DNA of 64,000 nucleotides, from assembly GCF_009914755.1 (NCBI RefSeq), contig NC_060932.1; one strand, given 5' to 3'. Positions within the stretch are counted from its first letter, which is position 1. The number at the start of each line of letters is the position of its first letter. This stretch comes from the human T2T-CHM13v2.0 reference genome, Homo sapiens. Below the pieces are notes generated by a model that had not been told where the DNA came from, searched no databases, and saw only the letters and a program-made list of their open reading frames with translations. The translations under genes and the position numbers were made by a program. Positions 49,271 through 61,099 of the stretch are shown here, in pieces.

Positions 49271-52245
49271 GGCTTAAGTCAATTCTCTACAATGTAGCAT
49301 TGGCATTAAAATTCCCCCCCAAGAAAATCCCCACAGAATTGTCCCAAAGAAACATTTGATCTGTTATGTTTTTAAAGCATGCTGTTCTGGTTTACTACTT
49401 TTTCAAAGAATTTCCACTTAAAAAATCAAGGCATGCCATTCTTCTGAGACATGCCTCTGCAGAGAAGCTCATCTTCGTCCTCTTCTAAAAGGCATTCTTT
49501 TGGAGAATTTTCGAACTCTGATTCAAGGTATCAATAAATGTCTACTAATAATTTTGTGTAAAGAAGAAAAGCATATTTGAGACTTTGTTTTCCTAAATAT
49601 TTATTTCAAATACTACATTTTCACAGTGGTTTTAATCCTAATGTCATCCTTAAAATAAATCATTATGTGTACTTCATGTGATCTTTTCAGAATGCAATAA
49701 AACAGATTGTTTTTAATGGCTGTTCCAGCAATGAAAAAATATCTGTGTTAGGTGGAAACAACAAATTGATGGTTTTTCAATTCCTTTTAATGGCACGAGG
49801 ATCTTTGCAACCTGCTGTGAAAAATATTCTCTTAATGATAGGCCTGTGGCACAACTTAAGGAGTCATCAAGAAATAAATGCGCCGCTGTCTGGTTGGCAG
49901 CTTGGTGTCCCTTAATTGAAGTGTTATAAGATTCTGTGCAGAGGAAGCCTCCAGGGTTTTGTAGCTAAATGGCACGGACACCTCTGATGAGACATGCAGA
50001 TGAAGATGTGTCAATACAATCTTCACCAATTTGCTGTAATAGCAGGGACTGATTAATTTTATAACCACGGGTGCTTCTATTAGCTAACCTAAGGAAAGAT
50101 TTAGACTTTATTAAGCGACTTATTTCTTTTTTTCAAGTGACTACAGCAACATAGTTTATCTCTGAGTGCTACACTGTGGCACATTTTCTAATAAGGATTC
50201 TAAATTTATTATTAAAAAAAGGATCATGAGCTTGCCTTGGCTTAGAGGAGGCTTAATGGTAGCAACTTTCTGTGACTGTTAGTGTCTCAAATGCATTTCA
50301 GTAAACTTGGAGTTTCTCAAAAATAACTTCATATTTCAAGCAATTGAGTTAGCAGCTCTTATATACATTTTTAATGTGCAAAAAGTTGAAGTAACAGAAT
50401 AAAAAATTTGTGGCTGTATATTTTTATCCTTCCCTTCATATAAAATTGCTTTAATATTTTATCATAATTGCCCTTGGACAGCTAACATCATTTGGTTACA
50501 CATAATCAACTAATGCTTTATATTTTAGGGCTTTGTTCAATAAAAAATTAATTATCCTTCATGGGTGGGCAATGTATTTGGAGATTGAGCTACATGATTT
50601 TATGCATAAAACAGGCTCTGGTTTATATATTGAAACCAAAATTGCTGTAACATTCACAGTGCAATAAAAATCAGATACAAAGAATCATTTCAAACTTCTG
50701 AAATGTGAGCTCTGGGACACACCTTTGTATTTTTTTTAAAAACTATAAAAGGAAATGAAACTGCATTTACTATAAGTTGAATATCCAGTAAATTTTATTT
50801 TTTAAAGAAGACTAGGAACCCATTAAATGCAATTATATTCCAGAAGCAATGAGACGACTATTAGTACTATTCTAGAGCTTGGTATTGCAAAGTGTCTATC
50901 AATAGATACGTAATATTCAATAACGATTCACATGTTTCTCTTGGGGATGAGGGTGTTTGTAAATGTCCCTTGGAAGAAAGAACATTTATAAATTTCTGTC
51001 CCACTCCAGTATTCTCTTCATCCAGGCTTATGTTAGGCTGTAAACTAATGACAGTGATGTTGAAGAGATCTGCTTCTCAAATTTATCAATTTTTTTTTGC
51101 AATAAGCAGAAGTATTCACCTGCATCAAAAATACACCCAACATTCTGGATCTGTTTTATAATGAGAAAATTTCATGGTTATGATGTGTCTCAATTCATCC
51201 CTTCAAACATATTTTAAGGTCCACTTTGATTACGTGGCTTTAAGTGTCCATGTTATAATGTAAGATAAGCAGATACCTTGTAACCTCTAACAATGTAGGA
51301 GAGAAAAATATCAGGTAACTGAGAAAGTCAGAGAATAAATCAATAAACTAAAAATGAAACATATTATCCAAGTAATAGTCAAACACTATCCTCAAAATGC
51401 TCTGTATCCCAGATCCAGTTTAGTGGAAGTGGGCTCTTTTAGGAATTCAGGGATTGGGTTCAAGTTCTAGCTTTTTCATTAGGTAATATACAATCTTTAA
51501 CAAATTCCCTAAACTTTTAAGGAACATATTCTCTTAGTAAAACCAGGAGTTGAGTTAAATCATCTTTGAGGTTGCATTTTAATATGTAACTTTATTGTAA
51601 TAAGTCAGGACTAGGTTAGTACGAAACCTTTGATATTATAAGTATGTTTAATAAAAACCACACTTATACTTCCAAAGATACTGGAAATTTTTAAACCCTT
51701 CAGAATGGAACAGATATTAGGGTACTTGTTTTCCATGCCACAAAGATGATCAGAGCGGAGAAAATATAGTATTAGATATGTGATTTGTTAACTTATTTGT
51801 GTTTCAGGTGGGGGATGGTGGTGAGAAATTTATACATAATTACTGAAGCCAAGGGATGGGTAGTCATTGGAAGCCATACATAAATGACAGCAGTAGATAC
51901 TAACCATGACACAGGTGACAAACCAGTGACTGCTTGTAATAATGTGGATATTTTTTATCTCTTTTTACTTAATATGTTCGAAATTCTTCTTAGAATTCCA
52001 ACCAATCTTAAAGTTAAACATGTATACCTATTTAAACACAAAGAATGCATCAAAGAGTCTAAAATTACACTGAATAAGATATAATTAGAAATGTCAGTTA
52101 CTTAGAATGTTTGTTCAGTTAGTGAAAGGTTTCAAGTTTTGGGGAAGAATAAAAATGAAGTTTGTGAGGATTCCAAGAAATCGTGGAATGGGGACTTACA
52201 AAAACACATGAAATATAATCAATACGTTAAAAATAACATCAAACA

Positions 52246-52634
52246 TTTTAAATTAATTTTTATTTTATTTTATTTTAAGTTCGAAGATACATGTGCAGGA
52301 TGTGCAGGTTTGTTACAAGTTTGTAAACATGTGCCATTGTGGTTTGCTTCACCTATCAACCCAGTCACCTAGATATTAAGCCCTGAATGCATTAGCTATT
52401 TTTCCTGATGCTCTCCCTCCACTCAACCCCTCTACCCGACAGGCCCCAGTGTGTGTTTTCCCCTCCCTATGTCCATGTGTTCTCATTGTTCAGCTCCTAC
52501 ATATAAGTGAGAACATGTGGTGTTTGGTTTTCTGTTCATGCATTAGTTTGCTGAGGATAATGGCTTTCAGCTCCAACCATGTCCCTGCAAAGGACATGAT
52601 CTCTTTCTTTTTTATGGCTGCATAGTATTCCATG

Positions 52635-52683
<49 letters not shown>

Positions 52684-55600
52684 ACATTTTCTTTATCCAG
52701 TCTATCATCAATGGGCATTTGGGTTGATTCCCTGTCTTTGCTATTGTGAGTAGTGCTGCAATGAACATAACTGTGCATATCTTTATAATAGAATGATTTC
52801 TATTCCTTGGAGTATATACCCAGTAAAGGGTTTGCTGGGTCAAATAGTATTTCTGGTTCTAGGTCTTTGAGGAATTGCCACACTGTCTACCACAATAGTT
52901 GAGCTAATTTACATTCCCACCGACAGTGTAAAAGTGCTCCTATTTCTCCACAGCCTCATCAGCATCTGTTGTTTCTTGACAGATGAAACAACAGCATCTG
53001 TTGTTTCTTGACTTTTTAATAACCACTATTCTGACTGGTGTGAGATGGTATCTCATTATGGTTTTGATTTGCATTCCTCTAATGATCAGTGCTGTTGAGC
53101 TTTTTTTCATGTTTGTTGGCCGCATAAATGTCTTATTTTGAGCAGTGTCTGTTCGTGTCTTTTGCCCACTTTTTAATGAGGTTGTTAATTTTTTTTCTTG
53201 TACATTTGTTTAAGTTCCTTGTAATTTCTAGGTATTAGACCTTTGTCAGATGGATACATTGCAAAAATTTTCTCCCATTCTGTAGGTTGTGTGTTCACTC
53301 TGATGATAGTTTTGTTTGCTGTGCAGAAGCTGTTTTGTTTAATTAGACTCAATTTGTCAATTTTTGCCTTTGTTGCAATTGCTTTTGATGTATTCATCAT
53401 AAAATCTTTGCCAGTGCCTATGTTCTGATGGTATTGCCTAGATTTTATTCTAGTGTTTTTTAGTTTTGGGTTTTACATTTAATTCTTTAATCCATCTTGA
53501 GTTAATTTTTGTATAAGGTATGAGGAAGGGATCCAGATTCAATTTTCTGCATATGGCTAGCCAGTTTTCCCAGCACTGTTTATTAAATAGGGAATTCTTT
53601 CCCCATTGCTTATTTTTGTCATTTTTGTGGAAGATCAGATTGTTGTAGATGTGTGGTTTTATTTCTGAGACCACCATTCTGTTCCATTGGTCTATGTGTC
53701 TTTTTTTGTGCCAGTACCATGCTGTTTTGGTTACTTTAGGCTTGTGGTGTAGTTTGAAGTTGGGTAGTATGATGCTTCCAGCTTTGTTCTTTTTACTTAG
53801 GGTTGTTCTGGCTATAGGGGCTCTTTTCTGATTTCATATGAGTTTTAAAGTAGCTTTTTCTAATTCCGTGAAGAATATCAATGGTAGTTTAATGGAAATA
53901 GCATGGAATCTATAAATTACTTTGGGCAGTATGGCCATTTTCATAATATTGATTTTTCCTATCCATGAGCATGGAATGTTTTTTCATTTATTTCTGTCCT
54001 CTCTTATTTCTGTGAGCAGTAGTAGTTCTCCTTGAAGAGGTCCTTCACTTCCCTTGTTAGCTGTGTTCCTAGGTATTTCATTCTCTTTGTAACAATTGCG
54101 AATGGAAGGAAGTTCATTCATGATTTGGCTCTCTGATTGTCTATTGTTGGTGTATAGGAATGCTTGTGATTTTTGCACATTGATTTTGTATCCTGAGACT
54201 TTGCTAAAGTGGCTTATTAGCTTAAGAAGTTTTTGAGCTGAGATGATGGGGTTTTCTAGATATAGGATATGTTATCTGCAAACAGAGACAGTTTGACTTC
54301 TTCTCTTTTCATTTGCATATCCTTTATTTCTTCCTCTTGCCTGATTACCCTGGCCAGAACTTCTAATACTATGTTGAATAGGAATGGTGAGAGAAGGCAT
54401 CCTTGTCTTGTGCCAATTTTCAAGGGGAATGCTGTCAGCTTTTGCCCATTCAGTATGATATTGGCTGTGAGTTTGTCATAAATGGCTCTTATTTTGAGGT
54501 GTGTTCTATCAATATCTAGGTTATTGAGAGTTTTTAACATGAAGGGATGTTAAATTTTATCAAAGGCCTCTTCTGCATCTATTGAGAAAATAACGTAGTT
54601 TTGGTCTTTATTTCTGTTTATGTGATGAATTGCATTCATTGATATGTGTATGGTGAACCAGCCTTGCATCCCACGGAAGAAGCCGACTTGATCATGGTGG
54701 ATAAGCTTTTTGATGAGTGGCTGGATTTCGTTTGCCAGTATTTTATTGAAGACTTTTGCATCGATGTTCATCAGGGATACTGGCCTGAAGTTTTCTTTTT
54801 TTGTTGTATTTCTGCCAGGTTTTGGTATCAAGATGATGCTGGCCTCAAAAACTGAGTTAGGGAGGAGTCCCTCCTTTTCAATTGTTTGGAATAGTTTCAG
54901 AAGAAATGGCCCCAGTTCCTCTTTGTACCTGTGGTAGAATTCAGCTGTAAATCTGTCTGGTCCTGGGCTTTATTTGAATGGTGGGCTATTTATTACTTCC
55001 TCAATTTTAGAACTTGTTATTGGTCTATTCAGGAATTCAACTTCTTCCTGGTTGAGTCTTGGGAGAGTGTAAGTGTCCAGGAATTTATCCATTTCTTCCC
55101 GATTTTCTAGTTTATATGCCAGAGGTGTTTATAGTATAATCTTATGGTTTTTTGTATTTCTGAGGGGTCAGTGGTGATATGCCCTTTATCATTTTTTATT
55201 GTGTCTATTTGATTCTTCTCTCTTTTATTCCTTTTAGTCTAGCTAGCAGTCTATCTATTTTATTAATTTTTTCAAAACACTAGCTTCTGAATTTGTTGAT
55301 TTTTTGAAGGGTTTTTCATGTCTCTATCTCATTCAGTTCTGTTCTCATCGTGATTATTTCTTGTTTTCTGCTAGCTTTGGGATTTGTTTACTACTGGTTC
55401 TGTAGTTCTTTTAGTTGTGATTTTCGGATGTCGATTTGAAACCTTTCTAGCTTTGAGATCTTTCTAGCTTTAAGAGTGCTAAAAATTTCCCCCATAACAC
55501 TGCATTAGCTGTATCCCAGAAAGTCTGTACCTTGTCTCTTTGTCCTCATTGGTTTCAAAGAACTTCTTGATTTCTGCCTTAATTTTATTATTTACCCAGC

Positions 55601-58600
55601 CGTCACTCATGAGCAGGTTGTTCAATGTCCATGTAGTTGTGTGGTTTTGAGTGAGTTTCTTAGTCTCAAATTCTAATTTGATTGTGCTGTGGTCTGAGAG
55701 ACTGTTCGTTATTATTTCCATCCTTTTGAATTTGCTGAGGAGTGCATTACTTCCAATTATGTGATCGATTTTACAGTAAGTGCCATGTGGTGCTGAGAAT
55801 AATCTATATTCTATTGTTTTGGCATGGAGAGTTCTGCAGATATCTACCAGGTTCTCTTGATCTGGAGCTGAGTTCACGTCCTGAATATCTTTGTTAATTT
55901 TCTGACTTTATTATCTGTCTAATATTGACAATGGGGTGCTAAAGTCTCCCACTATTATTGTGTGGGAGCCTAAGTGTCTTTGTAGGTGTCTAGGTGCTCT
56001 TGTATTGGATACACGTATATTTAGGATAGTTAACTCTTCTTGTTGAATTGAATGCTTTATCATCATGTAATTCCCTTCCTTGTCTTTTTTGTTCTTTGTT
56101 GGTTTAAAGTCTGTTTTGTCAGAAACTAGGATTTCAACCCCTGCTTTTTTCTGCTTTCCATGTGCTGACAGATTTTCCTCCATCCCTTTATTTTGAGCCT
56201 ATGTGTGTCTTTGCATGTGAGATGGTCTCTTGAATATAGCACACTGATGGGTCTTGACTCTTTGTCCAGCTTGCTATTCTGTGTCTTTTAACTGGGACAT
56301 TTAGCCCATTTACACTTGAGGTTAATACTGTTATGTGTGAAATTGATCCTGTCATCATGATGCTAGCTGGTTATTTTGCAGACTTGTTGATGTAGTTGCT
56401 TCATAGTGTCATTGGTCTGTGTACTTCAGAGTGTTTTTGTAGTGGCTAATAATGGTTTTTCCTTTTCATATTTAGTGCTTCCTTCAGGAGCCCTTGCAAA
56501 GCATTTCTGGTGGTGATGAATTTCGTCAGTATTTGCTTCTCTGAAAAGGATTTTATTTCTCCTTCATTTATGAGCTTAGTTTGGCCAGATATGAGATTCT
56601 GGGTTAAAAATTCCTTTCTTTAAGAATGTTCAATATCGACCCCCAGTTTCTCCTGGCTTGTAGGGTTTCTGTTGAGAGGTCAACTGCTATTCTGATGGGC
56701 TTCCCTGTGAAGGTGAACAGGCCTTACTCTCTGGCTTCCCTTAACAATTTTTTTTTCATTTTGACCTTGGAGAATCTGATGATTATGTGTCTTGGGGTTG
56801 ATCTTCTCATGGAATAGCTTACTAGGGTCTCTGGATTTTCTGAATTTGAATGTTGGTCTGTCTTGTTAGGTTGAGAAAGTTCTCCTGGATGATATCCTGA
56901 AGTATGTTTTCCAACTCCATTCTGGTGCCCCTGTCTGTCTCAGGTACCCAGATTATTTGTAGGTTTGGTCTTTTTACATAATCCCATAGTTCTTGGAGGT
57001 TTTGTTCATTCCTTTTCATTCTTTTTTCTCTAATCTTGTCTGCCTTTCTTATTTCAGCAAGATAGTCTTCAAGCTCTGAAATTCTTTCTTCCACTTGGTC
57101 TTTTCAGCTATCAGTACTTGTGGTTGCATTGTGACATTCTTGTGTTGTGTTTTTCAGCTCCATCAGGTCATTTATATTCCTTTCTAAACTGGTTATTCTG
57201 GTTAACAGCTTCTCTAATAGTTTATCATGATTCTTAGCTTCTTTGCAGTGTGTGGGAACATGCTCCTTTAGCTCAGTGAAGTTCATTATTACCTACCTTC
57301 TGAAGCCTAATTCTGTCAGTTCAGCCATCTCAGCCTCAGCCCATTTCTGTGCCCTTCCTGGAGAGGTGTTGCAATCGTTTGGAAAACGGGCACTCTTCTC
57401 CAAATTCTGGCCATGAGCTGCCACAGCCTCTGTGCTTTTTGAATTTTTAGCATATTTTGTTGATTCTTTCTCATCTTCCTTAGTTTATTTAGTTTTGATC
57501 TTTGAGGCTGCTAACCTTTGTATGGGGTTTTTGTGGGGACTTTTTTGTTGATGCTGTTGTTGTTGCTGTTTGTTTGTTTTTCTTGTAATGGTCAGGCCCC
57601 GCTTCGGTAGGGATGCTGCAGGTTGCTGGAGGTCCACTCCAGACCCTATTAGCCTGGGTCCCTCCTGCACCTGGAGGTGTCACCAGTGGAGTTTGCAGAA
57701 CAGCAAAGATGGCTGCCTGCTCCTTCCTGTGGGCACTCCATCCCAGAGGGGCACCAACCTGATGCCAGTGGGAATGTTTCTATATAAGGTGTCTGGCAAC
57801 CCCTGTGGGGGGTCTCACCAATTCAGGAGGCACAGGACCAGGGACTTGTTTAATGAAGGACTCTTGCTACCCCTTGGCAGAAGGGGTGCACTGCACTGGG
57901 GGGAATCCCACTTGTGCAGACTGCCTGGTTACCTCAGAGCCAGCAGGGGAAAAACTAAGTTCACTGATCTGCAGAGACACAGCCACCGCTCCCCCTAGGG
58001 GCTCAGTCCTAGGGAGATCAGAGTTCTATCTGTAAACCCCAGGCTGGAGGTGCTGAAATTCCCACAGGGATCCCTGCCCAGTGAGGAAGGATGGGTCCAG
58101 GCCTGTCCTAAAGACTCAGTCTGACCACGAGCTGCTATGGCCTCTGCTCTGCGCTGTGAGGATTTCCTCCTGGGTCCAATCCACCCAGTCTCCCTGGCAT
58201 TGGCAGGGCAAAAACAGCAGGCTGGAGCCGCAGTGATGGTTGCCACCCCTCCTGGCGGGGCTCAGTCCTCTTAGGCAGCAGGCAGCTGCAGTGATGATGG
58301 CCACCCCTCCCCCTGGGAGCTCAGTCATCTTAGGCAGCTGGCAGCCAAAGTGATGGTGGCCATGTGTTCCCCCAAGGAACTCGGTAGTCTTAGTCAGTCT
58401 CCAGCCCAGGGGCCACTGAGAATCTGCACAGCTCTGTGCTTAGGACTCAAGGCCTTGGTGCCATGGGCTCAAGAGCGGATCTCCGGATCTGTATGTTGCA
58501 CAGATCTGTGGAAAAAGCATGATTTCCTAGGCAGGGTAGCACAATCACTCACAGCCTCCCTTGGCTGGGAGTGAGATCTCTTCTTTCCTCATGCCACTCC

Positions 58601-58787
58601 TGGGTGGGCCATTGCTCCACCATACTTTTCCTTGCTGTCTGTGGGGCATGCCAACCACCCAGTCAGTCCCAATAAGAGAACCTGGATACTTTAGTTTCCA
58701 GTGCAGGATTCTATTCACCATTTTCATTCTTCTCTGTGAGTATGTCTGACTGCAGCTGTTTCTAGTCAGCCATGTTAGCCCCTTCCC
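52246..58787 (-). mobile_element. Full-length, inactive L1PA (approx. L1PA11-13)
   Basis: 5' end gggaaggggctaacatggctgactagaa, ORF1 pieces (EERISELEDYL..QELWDYVKRPNL), ORF2 EN/RT pieces ([31 protein letters not shown]), 3'UTR and T-rich tail; many stops and frameshifts. Confidence 0.95.
52638..52681. repeat. (TA)n microsatellite inside the L1
   Basis: About 22 TA units. Confidence 0.95.
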
Positions 58788-59850
58788 AAAATATTTTTTG
58801 ATAGTATATGCCATTAAAAATAAATGCTGAGATAAATTCACCATATATGGATATTCATATATAAATTACACACATGCACTTCTGAACTCATATACTGTGA
58901 CCATTACAATAAGTATATTTAAATGAAGCAAAAATAAATCTGAAGAATAGCACTGCTGTTTTCTTTCTGTACCTTAATGAATTATCTTGCACACGCCCTT
59001 AGAATGCATTCACTCCATTTTGGATGTTCCTAAAATATTCTGGCAGAGTCAAAAGAAATTTCATAAAAATGAAAACCAATAGAAGACATTGAAGAAAGAA
59101 AAGAACATCTGGAAATGAAGAGAAAAGATAATCACAGAGAGAATAACACGTAACGTGAAAACTACCTGGTATAACTGGTAAACTTATAGCCAGTGTGGAA
59201 AGGACTAACATATGAAATAATGTGAGTATCACAAGGCAAAATGTGGCATATAATAACACTTAAACATATGAAGCATACTTTCATCATAGAAAGGCTTTAC
59301 TTGACCCCCACACAGGCTGAGACAGCTTCCTTGTTGGGAAATGTGACTTTAGAGTTGAAAAGTGAAGCCAACAAATTACAGAGAATGCATACTCCAGAGC
59401 CAGCAATGATCTTCCAGACCATGAAAGCCAAGAGTACATTTCCACCAGTAATCATTTATGAATGACCGTGTATTATCCTCTCAGGAGTTGGCTTGTTGGA
59501 CTCTGTGCCTGAGAACAAGATTGTTAATTGTCCTTACAAAGAAATATATGGGTAATTATATAAAACATGTTACAATTTTAATAATAATTTCTAGGCCTAC
59601 TAAAATACATTTCTTTTGTTAGGTACAGCTAAAAATTATCTGTCTTTATAGAAAGGATTCTTGACTGCTTTGTTGATTAAAGGAAATGTCTCTCCAACCT
59701 TGGGTGAATAATTCACGGTGTGATCTTTGGGTTTAACACAGAGCTTGGATCCATTCCATGAATGCTGGATTGAATGAAATGTTAATTAAGCAGGGGTTTA
59801 TTTGAATTAGGTACTATCTACCCAAGATTTTTTTGGTAGTATTAGACATA

Positions 59851-60149
59851 TTTATATTTGTTTATTTATTATTTAGAAAGGGTCTCATTCTGTCACCCAG
59901 GCTGAAGTACAGTGGCACAATCATGGCACACTGCAGCCTCAAGCTCCTGGGCTCAAGTAATCCTCCTACTGAGGATCTGAGCTGAGACTATGGGTGCATA
60001 CCACCACACTTGACTAATATTTATTTATTTATAGAGACAGGATCTTGCCATGTTGCACAGGCTAGCCTCGTATTCCTGGCCTCAAGCAATCCTGCCATCT
60101 CAGCCTCCCAAAGTGCTGAGATTATAGGCATGGGCCACTGTGTCCAGCC
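59851..60149 (-). mobile_element. AluJ
   Basis: agggtctcattctgtcacccaggctg...ctcctgggctcaag...cctcccaaagtgctgagattataggc. Confidence 0.9.
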
Positions 60150-60525
60150 AAGCCAAACATTCATGTTTATACCATAGAATTACTTCCCTATTATTATTAC
60201 TTATTCAAGCCCTATCTAAAGTACTATGACACAAGGTGGTGCAAAGCTTAACTCCCATTATGTCTCCTGAATACACGAGCATCAACAAGGTAAATAAAAC
60301 CATGGATTTCTGACCATCCTCTTATACAATTTTGTAAGAGAAAAACCTATGATAAATGAAAAGGGACTGTGAGTATGCAAAAGAGGCCATACTTGACAAC
60401 TACAATTTTAGCATGTGTTCATGGGTTCTGTACCTATTTTTCATTTAAGAAAGTCAACTTAGTATTTTCTTTTTTAAGACATTCATTTCATATTTTTTAG
60501 GAGCATTAAAACATGATCTGTAGCA

Positions 60526-61099
60526 GCAGTTTTCAAAATTTTGGCCTCAAGAATCTTTTACACATTTAAAAATGATGGTGAATACTCATGAGATTTTTCC
60601 TATGTGTATGCATCAATTGATAATTACTGCTAAATTCTTATAATATGTGTTTATTAATTTATTTTAAAAGAATAGTGAGCCAGGCATGGAGTCATGAAAT
60701 AGTAATCCCAGCTATTTGGGAGGCTGAGGCAGGAGAATCACTTGAGCCCAAGAGTTCAAGGATTCAATGTGTTATGATTATGCCTCTGAATAGCCACTCT
60801 ATTCCAATCTGATAAACAGAGCAAGACTCCATCTCTACAAAAAAAAAAGTAAAAGAATCAATAAATAAATATAATAATAAATCCAATGTATGCTGAAGTG
60901 ACCATTTTTTTTAACAACCAAGTGGAAGATTAACAGAGAATGGCTTCTTTTTATTATTTTCAATTTCATTAATGTCTGACTCAATACAAGACAACTGGAT
61001 TCCTGTACATGTGTATGCATTCGATCTGTTGTGCTATGTTAGTTAGTTGAGGTATATGAAGAAAATCTCATCTTACACAGATATGGGAAAAGGGAGAAG
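60526..61099 (+). mobile_element. Charlie1-like hAT DNA transposon end, interrupted by a FAM and truncated by the L1
   Basis: cagcagttttcaaaattttggcctcaagaatcttttacac; ttaatgtctgactcaatacaagacaactggattc...gtatatgaagaaaatc. Confidence 0.75.
60678..60849 (+). mobile_element. FAM (fossil Alu monomer)
   Basis: Monomer retaining the 7SL-like gcctctgaatagccact segment, A tail, flanking taaaagaat repeats. Confidence 0.8.
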
